64,000 nucleotides of DNA from Dehalococcoidia bacterium (GTDB lineage Bacteria > Chloroflexota > Dehalococcoidia > UBA6926): assembly GCA_965205915.1 (NCBI GenBank), contig OZ242191.1:853410-917409 (forward strand), given 5' to 3'. The position numbers and the translations under genes are program-made. Each line of letters starts with the position of its first letter. Positions within the stretch are counted from its first letter, which is position 1. Positions 28,647-39,778 of the stretch are shown piece after piece. The notes below the pieces were generated by a model. That model did no database searches and was not told the DNA's origin. It saw nothing but the letters and a program-made list of their open reading frames with translations.

Positions 28647-30023
28647 ATGACACGAATTAAGATTGAAAACGCACGGTTCATTATGACGATGAACGAGTCA
28701 CGCCGCATCATCAGCGACGGGACGATCATCATGGACGATGACCGTATCTCCCACGTTGGCAAGTCCGCGGACCTCGCCAACGCGCCGGCGGAGCGTGTCA
28801 TTGACGCGCAGGAGATGGTTATCACGCCCGGCTTTGTTAACGGGCACATGCACATCTCATACGCCCACGCCACACGCGGCATCTTTCCCGATGACCTGAG
28901 TCCCCGTGACTATCTGGCCAATGTGTTCGCCCTCCAGAAATCCATGACGGAGGAGGAGGAACGCGACACCACGCTGCTGGGCATCACGGAACTGCTGCGC
29001 GGCGGAACAACGACCTTCGTAGATCCGGGCAGCACGCGCTTCCTCGATGCCTGCATGGAAGCCTATGAGAGGTCCGGCTGCCGCATCGTCGTCGGACGGC
29101 AGGTTACAGATCGGACGAACCCGCTGAATCTACCTATCTATGAAACGGGTGAGGCGATCGCGCTCACCGGACGAACCATTGACGCCTACGATGGCGGACT
29201 TGATGGGCGTGTTCACGCGTGGGCTATGCCTTTTTCCATCGACTACTGTTCTCCCGAGTTGCTGCGAGAACTCAAGGCGATGGCCGATTCCATGGACACG
29301 CGGCTTACACTGCATCACGGAAACGCGCCGGCCACCGTGCGGTCATTCCTGGAGCGTTACAGCGTTCGCCCCACCATGTGGCTGGAGGATCAGGGCATTC
29401 TTGGCGACAACGTCGTTCTGTCTCACGTCATTGGACTGGACGGCAAGGAAGTCGCCTCAATGGCGCGCACAGGCGCGTCCGGCATCCTCTGCCCCACTGC
29501 GGCGATGAAAATGGGTTCCGGTATCTCTCAACAGGGAATGGCGCCTGAAATGCTGAGGAGCGGCGTGACCCTCGGACTTGGCACGGACGCCGGCAACAAT
29601 TCCAACCTGGTTGAAACGCTCCGGTCCATGTATCTCATCGCCATCCTGTTCAAGGACGCGCGGACTGACACGCGCATGATTCCCGCCGAAAGCGCGCTGG
29701 AAATGGCGACAATCGGCGGAGCGACGGCGTTGGGATTGGACCACGAGATTGGTTCCATCGAGCCCGGCAAGAAGGCCGATCTGGTTCTGTTCGATACGCG
29801 CCGCGCCCAATGGCGGACGCTGTTCAATCCTGTCAACAGCCTTGTCTACAACGCGGACGGACGCAGCGTTCACACCGTTATCGTCGATGGGCGGATCGTC
29901 GTTGAGGGCGGAGAGGCCAACTTCGTGGATGAATGGGAATTGGCGCAGCGTGTGCAGCGGCACGGCGAGTCCATGCTCAAGCGCACCAACACCTCGTTCC
30001 CGTCCCGTTGGCCGGTGATCTAA
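28647..30023 (+). CDS. amidohydrolase-superfamily protein (TRZ/ATZ / nucleoside-deaminase-like)
   Basis: PGFVNGHMHISYAH (HxH), later HH and D metal ligands. 459 aa. Confidence 0.7.
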   Translation: MTRIKIENARFIMTMNESRRIISDGTIIMDDDRISHVGKSADLANAPAERVIDAQEMVITPGFVNGHMHISYAHATRGIFPDDLSPRDYLANVFALQKSMTEEEERDTTLLGITELLRGGTTTFVDPGSTRFLDACMEAYERSGCRIVVGRQVTDRTNPLNLPIYETGEAIALTGRTIDAYDGGLDGRVHAWAMPFSIDYCSPELLRELKAMADSMDTRLTLHHGNAPATVRSFLERYSVRPTMWLEDQGILGDNVVLSHVIGLDGKEVASMARTGASGILCPTAAMKMGSGISQQGMAPEMLRSGVTLGLGTDAGNNSNLVETLRSMYLIAILFKDARTDTRMIPAESALEMATIGGATALGLDHEIGSIEPGKKADLVLFDTRRAQWRTLFNPVNSLVYNADGRSVHTVIVDGRIVVEGGEANFVDEWELAQRVQRHGESMLKRTNTSFPSRWPVI

Positions 30024-30044
30024 GTAGAAACAGGAAGCCGCCGG

Positions 30045-30089
30045 ATTCCCGCCTTCGCGGGAATGACGGATGGGGCGGGAATGACGCGG
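30045..30089. repeat. REP-like extragenic palindrome (attcccgc-cttc-gcgggaat + gacggatgggg), with a partial second copy
   Basis: Perfect 8-bp inverted repeat with a 4-nt loop, between convergent genes. Related copies at 40128-40157, 57932-57946 (5' half) and 58890-58918 (3' half). Confidence 0.6.
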
Positions 30090-30138
30090 CCCGGGTGCGG
30101 CCTATCTGCGTAATTGGACCAACTCGCCGCCGCCTAAA

Positions 30139-31338
30139 TTAATCGGGCAGCGCGCCTTCTGAACGCATCACGTTGGCGAGCAGGCCGATTCCCTCCTGGA
30201 TCTCCGCCGGTGTGGGAAAGCTGTAGTTGAAACGGGCGCGACGCGATCCCTCGCCGATGGGCGAGAACTGGTGGCCTCCAAGATAGCGAACACCGCGCTC
30301 CTGCGTGATCGGCTCAAGCGTCTGCATGTCCGTGTTCTCCGGGAACTCCGCCCACACGAACATCCCCGCCTTTGGCACAGTCATGGAGACGAGCGGGCCA
30401 AAGTTCTCTCCAAGCGCCGCGACCATCGTGTCGCGCTTATGGCGCATCCGGTCGTTGAGGTGGCTGATGCGGGAGTCCATGTGATCTTCCATGAACTTGG
30501 CAACGATGAGACCGGAAAGGTAGTCGTTGCCGACATCCTGCTTGTACGCGGCCATGCGCTCAACGAGGCGGGCATCCGCCGTCACCCACGCCACGCGCAC
30601 ACCGGGCGAGAGAATCTTGGAGAACGTGGCGATGTAGATAACTCGTTCTTCCGCCCCGTCCAGTGAGGCGATGGCAGGCGGCATCTCATCCACGTCCAAC
30701 GTCTGATCCACGTAGCAATCGTCTTCCATGATCAGCGTGTCGTATTCCTGCGCCAGAGACAGCATCTTCTGACGGCGCTCCGTCGGCATGATGGACCCAT
30801 CCGGGTTCTGGGGGCTGGGAATGGTGTAGATAAACTTTGGCGTGACTCCCTCGGCTTTTAGCTCGCTGAGGCGTTCCTCAAGGATGTCCATCCTCATGCC
30901 ATCGTCATCGCGGTCGATGGTGACGATGCGGAGGCCGCTGGCCACGAAAGTCCGTACCGCGCCCTGGTAGAAGAACCGATCCGTGATGATGGTGTCGCCC
31001 GGAATTGTCAGGGTTTCGAGGCAGAGTGTGATGCCCTGAGCGGAGCCGTTGGTGGTGAGCACATCCTTGATCGTGGGCCACGTCATGCCGCGATGAGCCG
31101 CCATCTTGTGGAGGATGATCTCCCGCGTGCGGACGGGGCCGTACGTTGGCGGGTATCGCGCGATGATCTCTTTTTCTTCGTGGATGACGGCGCGAGCGGC
31201 CTCTGCGAGGTCTTCGATCGGCATCACGTCCGGGCCGGGATTGGCCCCTCCGAAGTCGTACTGGAAGACCTCTTCCTGCCACGTCGGCACGGGCCTCTCA
31301 GGCACGGTCCAGAATCGGGAATAGTCAACGCTGCCCAT
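30139..31338 (-). CDS. PLP-dependent aminotransferase (class I/II fold)
   Basis: SFSKILSPGVRVAWV lysine-containing PLP-attachment block. 399 aa. Confidence 0.75.
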   Translation of the reverse strand: MGSVDYSRFWTVPERPVPTWQEEVFQYDFGGANPGPDVMPIEDLAEAARAVIHEEKEIIARYPPTYGPVRTREIILHKMAAHRGMTWPTIKDVLTTNGSAQGITLCLETLTIPGDTIITDRFFYQGAVRTFVASGLRIVTIDRDDDGMRMDILEERLSELKAEGVTPKFIYTIPSPQNPDGSIMPTERRQKMLSLAQEYDTLIMEDDCYVDQTLDVDEMPPAIASLDGAEERVIYIATFSKILSPGVRVAWVTADARLVERMAAYKQDVGNDYLSGLIVAKFMEDHMDSRISHLNDRMRHKRDTMVAALGENFGPLVSMTVPKAGMFVWAEFPENTDMQTLEPITQERGVRYLGGHQFSPIGEGSRRARFNYSFPTPAEIQEGIGLLANVMRSEGALPD

Positions 31339-31468
31339 GGCTCACCGGCCTTTCTTCCCCTACCGACGCGGCTTAAAAGAAAACACCGCGTTGAGCGGAG
31401 AGTACCATACGGCGGCTTGTGATGCCGGTCACAGACGGACCGGCATCACAAGCCACCCAAAGCGCGAT

Positions 31469-32674
31469 TTATTCGGTCGGCCAGCCGTCCGGTATCTCGT
31501 TGGCAGCCAGGGCTGTACGGATGCCTTCGGCAGCCTCATCCGTCACCCATGTGCTCCACTCTTCTTCGTTGGTAAGAAGCCACCACAACGCTGAATCTCC
31601 GTCGTCGGCATTGGGATTATCTCCCCGCCATGCAACGACGGTTCCGTACTCCGGAATATCGAAGCTCCAGTTCTGGAACATCGCGATGAGCTCAGGCGCG
31701 CTCTCTATCAGCTCTGTTCGCACTGCGATCTTAATCTCGGAGTCGCGGTAGCCGCAGCCTGCGGTCGGGGGAGTACCGTCGCTTACGTAGGCCTGCAGAC
31801 CGGTCCAGCACTCTTCGTTGTACGCCGGCTCCTCCAACGCAACGAGGTCAAGTACAAGGGCGGGGTTATTCGTTCCCCACTGGTAGCCGAGCCACGGCTC
31901 CTGACGCTCATACTTGCCATAGAGGTCCGCGTTGGCGGATGCGCCGTCACCCGGCCTGGAGACGAACACATGGTCAGTCAGGCCATAGGCTAGTATCTGC
32001 GCATCGTTGACGCCTTCACATGCCCAGCCAACGACGCAGGTGACCAGAAAGGCCTTGCCTTCCGATTCCGGCCTTACGAACAGTTCCTGGTACTGTGGAT
32101 CCTTCAGGTCTTCCACGCTATCCAGATCCGGATACTGCTCCTGGAGGTACCTTGGAATCACGAAAGCTGATTGCCAGTCCGCGCCGAGACTAAAGCCGAC
32201 TTCCTGAACGGATCCCTCGGCCAGCGCGTCAACCCAGGCGTCATTCTGGTTCGGCAGCCAGATCTCCATTGTCACGTGCGTATCACCACGGCGCAGGCCC
32301 TGCAGCAGCGGGAGCGTCGCGCCTAATACGACATCCGTCGGATAGCCGTAGCCCTTTTCAAGGATGTATTGGGCAATCCGATTCTGAACCATGGCGCTCG
32401 GCCAGTTAAGGTCGCTGAAGATGACGGTTTGCATTTCCATCATGCTTTCCTCTGTAGCAGTCGGCGCAGGCCTGGGCGTTGACGTTGCCGCAGGTCGAGG
32501 CGTAGCCGTTGGATCGTCCATGTCATCCACCATGACCGTGGGTTCTTCAACCACCGGAGCAGTCGTGGGTGGACTGACCTGTGGAGTCGCAGTTGGGGCT
32601 TCGCTCCCACAAGCGGCAACTGCAACGACCATTGCCACGGCAATGGCAAAGACTAGAACTGTGAGTTTCCTCAT
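31469..32674 (-). CDS. proX: glycine betaine/proline ABC transporter substrate-binding lipoprotein (ProX/OpuAC-like)
   Basis: Lipobox VAACGS. OpuAC-type domain. Completes a proV-proW-proX arrangement. Confidence 0.75.
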   Translation of the reverse strand: MRKLTVLVFAIAVAMVVAVAACGSEAPTATPQVSPPTTAPVVEEPTVMVDDMDDPTATPRPAATSTPRPAPTATEESMMEMQTVIFSDLNWPSAMVQNRIAQYILEKGYGYPTDVVLGATLPLLQGLRRGDTHVTMEIWLPNQNDAWVDALAEGSVQEVGFSLGADWQSAFVIPRYLQEQYPDLDSVEDLKDPQYQELFVRPESEGKAFLVTCVVGWACEGVNDAQILAYGLTDHVFVSRPGDGASANADLYGKYERQEPWLGYQWGTNNPALVLDLVALEEPAYNEECWTGLQAYVSDGTPPTAGCGYRDSEIKIAVRTELIESAPELIAMFQNWSFDIPEYGTVVAWRGDNPNADDGDSALWWLLTNEEEWSTWVTDEAAEGIRTALAANEIPDGWPTE

Positions 32675-32765
32675 CCGATTCTTCCTTCCCCTACCTTTTC
32701 TTATCGCGAACCTTTAACATAGCGCAATTCAGTGTTTCTTGCCAAACCAGCTTGGTCGGTCGGAA

Positions 32766-33842
32766 TCATCCTGCGGTCATCGCCTGCGTACGGCGGGCTG
32801 CGACAGCCTGTGTAAGGCGGTCAATGATGATCGCGAGGAACACAATAGCGAGTCCGGCCAGCAGACCGTTCCCCGGCTCGTTCCGTTGCAAGGCGCGATT
32901 GACATTATCGCCAAGTCCCCCGGCGGCCACAAGGCTTGCGATCGTCACCATGGCCAGCGCCATCATGGTTGTCTGGTTGATGCCGGCCATGATGGTCGGC
33001 AGGGCCATTGGAACCTGGACCTTGGCGAGAACCTGCATCGGGGACGAGCCAAAGGCGCGAGCAGCCTCCACGACGGACGGCGAGACCTGCCGAATGCCTA
33101 GATTCGTCAATCGGATGACGGGGGGCGTGGCGTACAGAATGGTAGCGAAGACGCCGGCCGGCTTGCCGAGTCCAAAGAACAAAATGCCCGGCAGCAGGTA
33201 GACAAAGCTCGGCATCGTCTGCATCCCGTCGAGGATTGGTCTCATCAGACCATCCGCAGTGTTACTGCGGGCGCCAATGATTCCGATCGGCAGCCCGATG
33301 GACACGGACACGGCGACGGAAACCGTCATCAAAGCAACGGTGTCCATGGTGTTTTCCCAAAGACCCATGAACCCAATGAACATGAGCGACAGAAACGTGA
33401 ACGTCAGGAGCGACCAACGGCCGACGGCGAATGCCATGAGACCAAGGCCGACAACAACGGCGGGCCACGGTGTCCATATCAGGACCTTCTCGATATAGAT
33501 AAGGGCATAGGTCACCCCGGTGCTCAAGGCGTCAAATGCCCACGCGGCCTCACGGGTCAGCCAAGTGACGACACCGTCGATCGAGTCTGCGACTACCTTC
33601 CTGGCCGTCACATCAAATGTCATGGATCCATCGGACGACGGTTCGGTGTACACCGTCGTGTAGAATCCCATTTCCGGGCCCCAGATCAACAGGCTTAGAA
33701 TCAGGGCAACGGCCACAGCTCCCAGTCCCAAAAGCCAGCGGTCACGAGGTCGCTGTCCAAAGGAAATCTTTTCCAGTTGCGCCTCGGACTCATCTGCCGC
33801 CGAAACGGGACTGACCCGGCCGGCCTGCTCAGTGCGTTCCAT
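32766..33842 (-). CDS. proW: glycine betaine/proline ABC transporter permease
   Basis: ABC permease fold with an EAA-like loop. 358 aa. Start overlaps the proV end. Confidence 0.8.
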   Translation of the reverse strand: MERTEQAGRVSPVSAADESEAQLEKISFGQRPRDRWLLGLGAVAVALILSLLIWGPEMGFYTTVYTEPSSDGSMTFDVTARKVVADSIDGVVTWLTREAAWAFDALSTGVTYALIYIEKVLIWTPWPAVVVGLGLMAFAVGRWSLLTFTFLSLMFIGFMGLWENTMDTVALMTVSVAVSVSIGLPIGIIGARSNTADGLMRPILDGMQTMPSFVYLLPGILFFGLGKPAGVFATILYATPPVIRLTNLGIRQVSPSVVEAARAFGSSPMQVLAKVQVPMALPTIMAGINQTTMMALAMVTIASLVAAGGLGDNVNRALQRNEPGNGLLAGLAIVFLAIIIDRLTQAVAARRTQAMTAG

Positions 33843-35055
33843 CCTTTACCCCCGTTATCCCCGGATTGCCTGCTCCCTGGCTGTCAGGCAATAGGTCATT
33901 CTTACGAATCTCGCCGAGAAGCACACCACCATCTCCGACAACGGCCACCGGGCGAGTGGATTCCGCGACCACCTGCAGCACGTCCTCAAGCGAGTCATCA
34001 GGCGACACGGACACGGGCGGCACGACGCTAGCTCCGTCCAGGGTGTCGCGGTTGCCGGCCACGAGTGATTGCGCTTCTCGACGAATGATCAGGCCCTCGA
34101 GTTTCGAATCGCCTGAAACCAGGAAAAGCGTGTCCATCTTCAGGGTGTCCATCAAGTGGAGGGCGGCGCGAGGACCCTGCCGTGTGTAGATGATGTCTTC
34201 CGGCGCCTTCATGACAGCGCTCGCCGGCACGATGCGGGTGGTGGAAACATCTCGAACGAACTCGGAGACGTAGTCATCGCTCGGGGCGGACACAATCTCC
34301 TCAGGCGATCCCTCCTGGATAATCTCACCATCTCGCATGATTGCAATTCGATCCCCGAGCTTTAGGGCCTCATTGAGGTCGTGAGTGATGAAGACAATTG
34401 TCTTGTGCAATTCAGATTGCAGGGAGACCAGTTCATCCTGCATCTGGCGGCGAATGAGCGGGTCAAGTCCGCTAAACGGCTCATCCATAATCAGGACGGA
34501 CGGGTTGACCGCAAGCGCCCGCGCGAGGCCGACGCGTTGCTGCATTCCACCACTCATTTCACGGGGATAGTAACGTTCCCAGCCATTGAGACCGACGGTT
34601 TCGATTACTTCCTCTGCGATACGAAGCCGCTCGTGCTTCCCGACTCCCTGAATTTCCAGACCATACGCCACGTTTTCCAGGACGCGGCGATGTGGAAGCA
34701 GGGCGTAATTCTGGAAGACCATCGCTGTCGTTGTCCGGCGGAACTCACTCAATTCCCGGGGCGAGTACTCGAGGATGTCTTCCCCACTGAAATAGACACG
34801 CCCATTGGTTGGCTCAATAAGCCTGATCAGAGTACGGGCAAGAGTCGACTTGCCGCTTCCGGAGAGGCCCATGACAACAAAGACCTGCCCCTGACGAACG
34901 CTGAAGGATAGGTCTCGCAGGGCGACGACAAGGCCGAGCTCTTCCTGGATCTCTGTCCGGGATTTCTCGGCATGTTCAGGTTCCAGGGCACGATCCGGAT
35001 GGTGACCAAACACCTTCCAGAGGTTCCTGACTTCTATTTGGATGTCATTGTTCAT
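33829..35055 (-). CDS. proV: glycine betaine/proline ABC transporter ATP-binding protein with C-terminal CBS pair
   Basis: Walker A GLSGSGKST, signature LSGGMQQRV, Walker B LIMDEPFSGLD. C-terminal CBS-like region. Likely start MNNDIQIEV at 35055. Confidence 0.85.
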   Translation of the reverse strand: MNNDIQIEVRNLWKVFGHHPDRALEPEHAEKSRTEIQEELGLVVALRDLSFSVRQGQVFVVMGLSGSGKSTLARTLIRLIEPTNGRVYFSGEDILEYSPRELSEFRRTTTAMVFQNYALLPHRRVLENVAYGLEIQGVGKHERLRIAEEVIETVGLNGWERYYPREMSGGMQQRVGLARALAVNPSVLIMDEPFSGLDPLIRRQMQDELVSLQSELHKTIVFITHDLNEALKLGDRIAIMRDGEIIQEGSPEEIVSAPSDDYVSEFVRDVSTTRIVPASAVMKAPEDIIYTRQGPRAALHLMDTLKMDTLFLVSGDSKLEGLIIRREAQSLVAGNRDTLDGASVVPPVSVSPDDSLEDVLQVVAESTRPVAVVGDGGVLLGEIRKNDLLPDSQGAGNPGITGVKDGTH

Positions 35056-35258
35056 GATGGCTGGCGGAGGAAATGAGAGTATCTCAGGTGGCCAAAGCTC
35101 TCCGCTTGATTCGCTATCGTAGGCATAAGCGCGCGAACTCGTCCAATGAGGCCCGCAAGCAGATAGGCGGCAATAGGCGGGCTTTGTTGCGGGCAGACTT
35201 GGTTCATGCCAGAATGACGTGCTAACCACTAATGCTCAGCGTTGCGGGAGGAAATCTT

Positions 35259-36329
35259 ATGTCATACAGGCTATTGCTTGCGATTCTGGCAATCTTTGCC
35301 GGAGTGATAGCGCTTGCGGCATGCGGAAGTGACGATGCGGGGGATCCGCGGGAAGACACCCTCGGCGAAATTCTGCAGCGAGGGAATCTCGTCTGCGGCA
35401 TCAAGGCCGATACACCCGGCTTTGGTGTTCTGAATCCGGACGGCACCGCCGTAGGGAACGATGTGGAGTACTGCCGCGCCCTGGCAGCAGCCGTATTCGG
35501 CGACGCCAACGATGTTGAGTTCAAGGAGGCCACATCGGCCAACCGGTTCGAGTTGCTCGCAGCCAAGGAAATCGACGTGCTGATCCGCACGACAACGTGG
35601 ACTGCGAGCCGTGATGCCTCCCTGAACGTGGCGTTCGCCCCGACGACCTTCTACGACGGCGCAGGCATTATGGTCAAGGCAGACTCCCGCGTTAGCAGCA
35701 TCAATGAGCTTGGCGGCTCCACCATCTGCATCCTGGACGGCACCAGCACACAGGGCGCAGTGTCTGACTACTTTACTGAGAACGGTCTGACGTACTCTGA
35801 GTTGACCTTGCAGGACAACGCGTCCATCCGCGGCTCGTTCATCGGCGGTCAGTGCGACGCATGGTCCTCTGACAAGTCGCAGCTTGGCGGCCACCAGTTC
35901 TCGCTGAAGTCCGACGAGCAACTTGACGCCATCGTCCTGCCGGAGACCCTCTCCAAGGAGCCTCTAGGCCCGAGCGTTCGAGATTACGACTCCGAGTGGG
36001 AAGATGTGGTTCGCTGGGTTGTCAACGGCATGATCATCGCCGAGGAGCAGGGTGTAACATCTTCGAACGTCTCCCAGATGGCTGCCAATCCGCCGAATAA
36101 CACCGTTGCCCGACTCCTGGGTGTCGGCTTTGCCGGCGGCGCGCCGAGCGACCTCGGCATCGGCCACGGCGACATCGATGGAACGTTCATGCAGGACGTG
36201 ATCAGCCAAGTAGGAAACTACGGCGAGGCGTATGCCTCCACGCTTGAGACCGTTGGCCTGACACGCGCAGGTTCTCCCAACGCCTCCTACCTGAATGGCG
36301 GTCTGATCTACGCCCCACCCATGAGGTAA
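35259..36329 (+). CDS. aapJ: general L-amino acid ABC transporter substrate-binding lipoprotein (AapJ/BztA-like)
   Basis: Lipobox LAACGS. Polar amino-acid binding fold. Confidence 0.75.
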   Translation: MSYRLLLAILAIFAGVIALAACGSDDAGDPREDTLGEILQRGNLVCGIKADTPGFGVLNPDGTAVGNDVEYCRALAAAVFGDANDVEFKEATSANRFELLAAKEIDVLIRTTTWTASRDASLNVAFAPTTFYDGAGIMVKADSRVSSINELGGSTICILDGTSTQGAVSDYFTENGLTYSELTLQDNASIRGSFIGGQCDAWSSDKSQLGGHQFSLKSDEQLDAIVLPETLSKEPLGPSVRDYDSEWEDVVRWVVNGMIIAEEQGVTSSNVSQMAANPPNNTVARLLGVGFAGGAPSDLGIGHGDIDGTFMQDVISQVGNYGEAYASTLETVGLTRAGSPNASYLNGGLIYAPPMR

Positions 36330-36405
36330 CCAAAAACCGGAGCAATGGCAAGGCGCATGGCCTGTTATCGCAGGTCATGCGCCTACCATTATCTGAGCCT
36401 CAATA

Positions 36406-37572
36406 ATGAAGACATACGCCAGCAACCTCTGGTATCACAGCTCTTCTCGCGCCAATCTGATCAATATCGTTGTCGGCACTTCTGCCGTCGTCATCGCCAC
36501 CTATCTGATCTACTCGATCTTCACCAGCCTCTTTGATTTCGGATTCCTGACCGGTCCGTACGCAAGCCCGGATCGAAGCGGCATTTTCTCATTCCTGCAT
36601 GTCGAGGCCAGCGATCCTAGATGGCTGGGAATGCTCAAGGGCGCAGGAAACACGATCTCCGTTGTCATCTTCGCCATAGCGCTCGCTTCGCTCCTTGGCC
36701 TCCTGGTCGGCGTTGCACGGTTGTCCACCAACCCCATCCTGAATCGGCTGGGCAAGATATACGTCGAGACCTTCAGGAATCTGCCTCTCCTGTTGCTCAT
36801 GTACTTCTTTGCCTTTGGCGTGTTCCGGTCCCTGCCCCAGATCGAATCACGTGTCGGCATTGACGGGTTCTTCATGGTCAGCAATCGGGGGGTTGCGGTC
36901 CCGTGGTTGCAGGGCGCGCACGATGTCTGGTGGCTGTGGGTGATTGCCCTGCTTGCGGGCGGCGCCGTCGCGCTCTGGGTGCGTCGAAGGCGGGAACGGC
37001 AAGAGGAGCTGACAGGGCGCATAACGCGCGGCAATACATGGGCAATTGCGATCTTCCTTGGCGTTGCAGTCGTCTCGTACCTCTTATTGGCGTTTCCACT
37101 CAGGCCGGCGCTTCCCGAGGTGGTCCAGTCCGACGCCGGATTTTACGCCTACCGGAATGGGGCCCAACTGGGGCTGGGATACATAAGCGCGCTCGTGTCC
37201 GTCACGCTGTATTTCGGCGCATTCATTGCTGAAATCGTGCGCGGGTCAATCCAGGCCGTGCCGCACGGGCAGGTTGAGGCAGGCTCATCACTTGGATTCT
37301 CCGCGTACCAACGATTCACGCTGATTGTCCTGCCACAGGCACTGCGAATCATGATCCCTGCTCTGAACAATGAGTATCAGAACACCAACAAGGACTCCAC
37401 TCTCGCGCACGTGATCGCGTTCGGTGAGATCGTTTTGATCTCAAACCGCATCGTCAATAACTCCGGGAATCTGCTGCAGGTCTATCTCTTCATCTTCATC
37501 GTATTCATCCTGACCAACCTGATCATCACGACGATCATGAACACAATCAACAAGAACGTGCAGTTGAAATGA
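36406..37572 (+). CDS. aapQ: amino acid ABC transporter permease (AapQ-like)
   Basis: 388 aa polytopic permease. Confidence 0.75.
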   Translation: MKTYASNLWYHSSSRANLINIVVGTSAVVIATYLIYSIFTSLFDFGFLTGPYASPDRSGIFSFLHVEASDPRWLGMLKGAGNTISVVIFAIALASLLGLLVGVARLSTNPILNRLGKIYVETFRNLPLLLLMYFFAFGVFRSLPQIESRVGIDGFFMVSNRGVAVPWLQGAHDVWWLWVIALLAGGAVALWVRRRRERQEELTGRITRGNTWAIAIFLGVAVVSYLLLAFPLRPALPEVVQSDAGFYAYRNGAQLGLGYISALVSVTLYFGAFIAEIVRGSIQAVPHGQVEAGSSLGFSAYQRFTLIVLPQALRIMIPALNNEYQNTNKDSTLAHVIAFGEIVLISNRIVNNSGNLLQVYLFIFIVFILTNLIITTIMNTINKNVQLK

Positions 37573-38915
37573 GTATGGTCGCCATACAGAAGGATTCCCT
37601 CGCCGAGCGCGTTGCGTGGGCGAGGGACAACCTGTTTAACACCCGGGCCAACACGGCGATTACGCTCGTCTCCTTTGCGGCTGCCGCGCTCGTCCTATTC
37701 CTGGTTGTACGGTACGTGCTCTTCCAGGCTAACTGGGGACTTGTGGCGCTGAACCGAAAACTCTTCTTTGTCGGCAGTTATCCCGCCGATGAAGCTTTCC
37801 GCATCTGGATCGCCTTGTTCCTTGCGGTGGGTCTGATTGCCATCACCTACGGCATTTGGGGTGGGCGCTTACGCCCGTACATGATCGTCGTGGGTGTCGT
37901 GGCGGCCCTGGTGTTGACGCTCGGGCTCGGAGTCGAGCCGCGCATTGAGGAGCGCCAATTCACGGAGATTATTCAGTCCGGTGGCCAGTCAACCACTATA
38001 AGTGGCATCAACAGGGTGCTCGTGATGGAGGGGGGATGGGCGCCCTCTTGGCTGTATTCGTTATCACTAGGGCTAGCAGTGCCGTTTGGATCAACCTGGG
38101 TGCTCCTGGCGGGCGTGTTTGGAACGCTTGCCGGCGGGGCGGTCATCGGCAAACGGTTTGTTGCGAAGTATCGGGGCAATCAAATCCTGCTACAGGGCAT
38201 TGGCGCGCTGTGGGTGCTGCTGATCCCCGCCGTTGTCCTTCTCCAGATCGGCGTCTCCACCAACCATTGGGAGAGCGCCTTTCTGGATATCATTATCTTC
38301 TCGGTTGGCGTCTTCTTCTCATTCTTCATTGGCCTGGCATTGGCGATGGGAAGAGTATCGGCTTATCGCGCCATACGGATATCGACCGTCGGATACATCG
38401 AAGTTGTTCGCGCCGCGCCGCTCCTTGTTTGGCTGCTGTTCGCAACATTCCTGAAGGGCGAATTGGGCCCGGTGGGCGAGGCCTTCAGCAGCATCGACCT
38501 GGTCTATCGTGTGATGTTTGTGTTTGCGTTCTTCGGCGGGGCATACATTGCAGAGGTCATCAGGGGAGGCTTGCAATCGGTGCCACGGGGACAGGCGGAG
38601 GCGGCACAGTCCATCGGGCTCTCATCCCTCCAGATGTACACTCTCATCATCCTGCCGCAGGCGATTAGAGCAGTTATCCCGGCTATCATCGGCCGGTTCA
38701 TCGCTCTGTGGAAAGACACTGCCCTGTTGGCGGCAATCTCCCTGGTCAACACCCTTGAGAAGTCCAGGAAGGTTCTGGGAGGCCAAACGGACATCGCAGA
38801 GGGAGCGTTCTTCGAGATCTACCTAATTGTGGGGCTAATATACTGGGTAATCTCCTACATGCTGTCCCGCCTCGGAGAGACGGCGGAATCACGGCTGGGC
38901 GTCGGACAACGATAG
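37569..38915 (+). CDS. aapM: amino acid ABC transporter permease (AapM-like)
   Basis: 448 aa polytopic permease. 4-nt overlap with the upstream gene. Confidence 0.75.
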   Translation: MSMVAIQKDSLAERVAWARDNLFNTRANTAITLVSFAAAALVLFLVVRYVLFQANWGLVALNRKLFFVGSYPADEAFRIWIALFLAVGLIAITYGIWGGRLRPYMIVVGVVAALVLTLGLGVEPRIEERQFTEIIQSGGQSTTISGINRVLVMEGGWAPSWLYSLSLGLAVPFGSTWVLLAGVFGTLAGGAVIGKRFVAKYRGNQILLQGIGALWVLLIPAVVLLQIGVSTNHWESAFLDIIIFSVGVFFSFFIGLALAMGRVSAYRAIRISTVGYIEVVRAAPLLVWLLFATFLKGELGPVGEAFSSIDLVYRVMFVFAFFGGAYIAEVIRGGLQSVPRGQAEAAQSIGLSSLQMYTLIILPQAIRAVIPAIIGRFIALWKDTALLAAISLVNTLEKSRKVLGGQTDIAEGAFFEIYLIVGLIYWVISYMLSRLGETAESRLGVGQR

Positions 38916-38943
38916 CTGCACGTTGAGGAGGGGGATCTCGACC

Positions 38944-39693
38944 ATGCCGAAGAATAGTGACTACGAAATGGTTCGTATGGAGAACGTGATCAAGCGATTT
39001 GGCAGCTTCACGGCCCTAACTGACATCAACCTGTCCATCGCGGAGGGAGAAGTTGTCGTCATGATCGGCCCCTCAGGGTCAGGAAAGTCGACGGTCCTCC
39101 GAACAATCAATCAACTTGAAAAACACGACTCCGGCCGCATCATCGTGGACGGGATGGAAATCACGGACGATCTGCGCACGCTTGCCCAGATTCGCACGGA
39201 GACGGGCATGGTCTTCCAGCAGTTCAACCTGTTCCCACATATAAGTGTTCAGCGAAATATCACTCTTGCTCCGCAGAAAGTGCGCCACATGCCGCAGAAG
39301 GACGCGGAGGCTCTGGCCATGCAACTGCTGGAGCGGGTGGGCATACCGGAACAAGCTGACAAGTTCCCCGGCCAACTATCGGGCGGGCAGCAGCAGCGTG
39401 TGGCCATCGCTCGCGCCCTGGCGATGAATCCAAGGCTGATGTTGTTCGATGAGCCCACATCCGCCCTTGACCCCGAGATGATCAACGAAGTGCTCAAGGT
39501 CATGGGCGAGCTTGCGGCGGACGGCATGACGATGATCTGCGTCACTCATGAGATGGGGTTCGCGCGCGGGGTGGCGGATCGCGTGATTATGCTTGATGAG
39601 GGCATGATTGCGGAGGAAGGCGCGCCCAACGAATTCTTCAATAACCCGCAGAGCGAACGCGCCAAGCTGTTTCTGTCACAGATTCTGCACTAA
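38944..39693 (+). CDS. aapP: amino acid ABC transporter ATP-binding protein (AapP/GlnQ-like)
   Basis: Walker [10 protein letters not shown], signature [15 protein letters not shown], Walker [13 protein letters not shown]. Confidence 0.85.
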   Translation: MPKNSDYEMVRMENVIKRFGSFTALTDINLSIAEGEVVVMIGPSGSGKSTVLRTINQLEKHDSGRIIVDGMEITDDLRTLAQIRTETGMVFQQFNLFPHISVQRNITLAPQKVRHMPQKDAEALAMQLLERVGIPEQADKFPGQLSGGQQQRVAIARALAMNPRLMLFDEPTSALDPEMINEVLKVMGELAADGMTMICVTHEMGFARGVADRVIMLDEGMIAEEGAPNEFFNNPQSERAKLFLSQILH

Positions 39694-39705
39694 ATTGGGG
39701 GGGGG

Positions 39706-39778
39706 TGGAGCCGAGGGGATTCGAACCCCTGACCCCCTGCTTGCAAAGCAGGTGCTCTCCCGACTGAGCTACGGCCCC
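39706..39778 (-). tRNA. tRNA-Ala (anticodon UGC)
   Basis: Manual fold: acceptor GGGGCCG/CGGCTCC with the G3:U70 Ala identity pair, D-arm GCTCAGTCGGGAGAGC, anticodon loop TTTGCAA, T-arm AGGGGTTCGAATCCCCT, discriminator A. A partially encoded CC follows. Confidence 0.85.
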
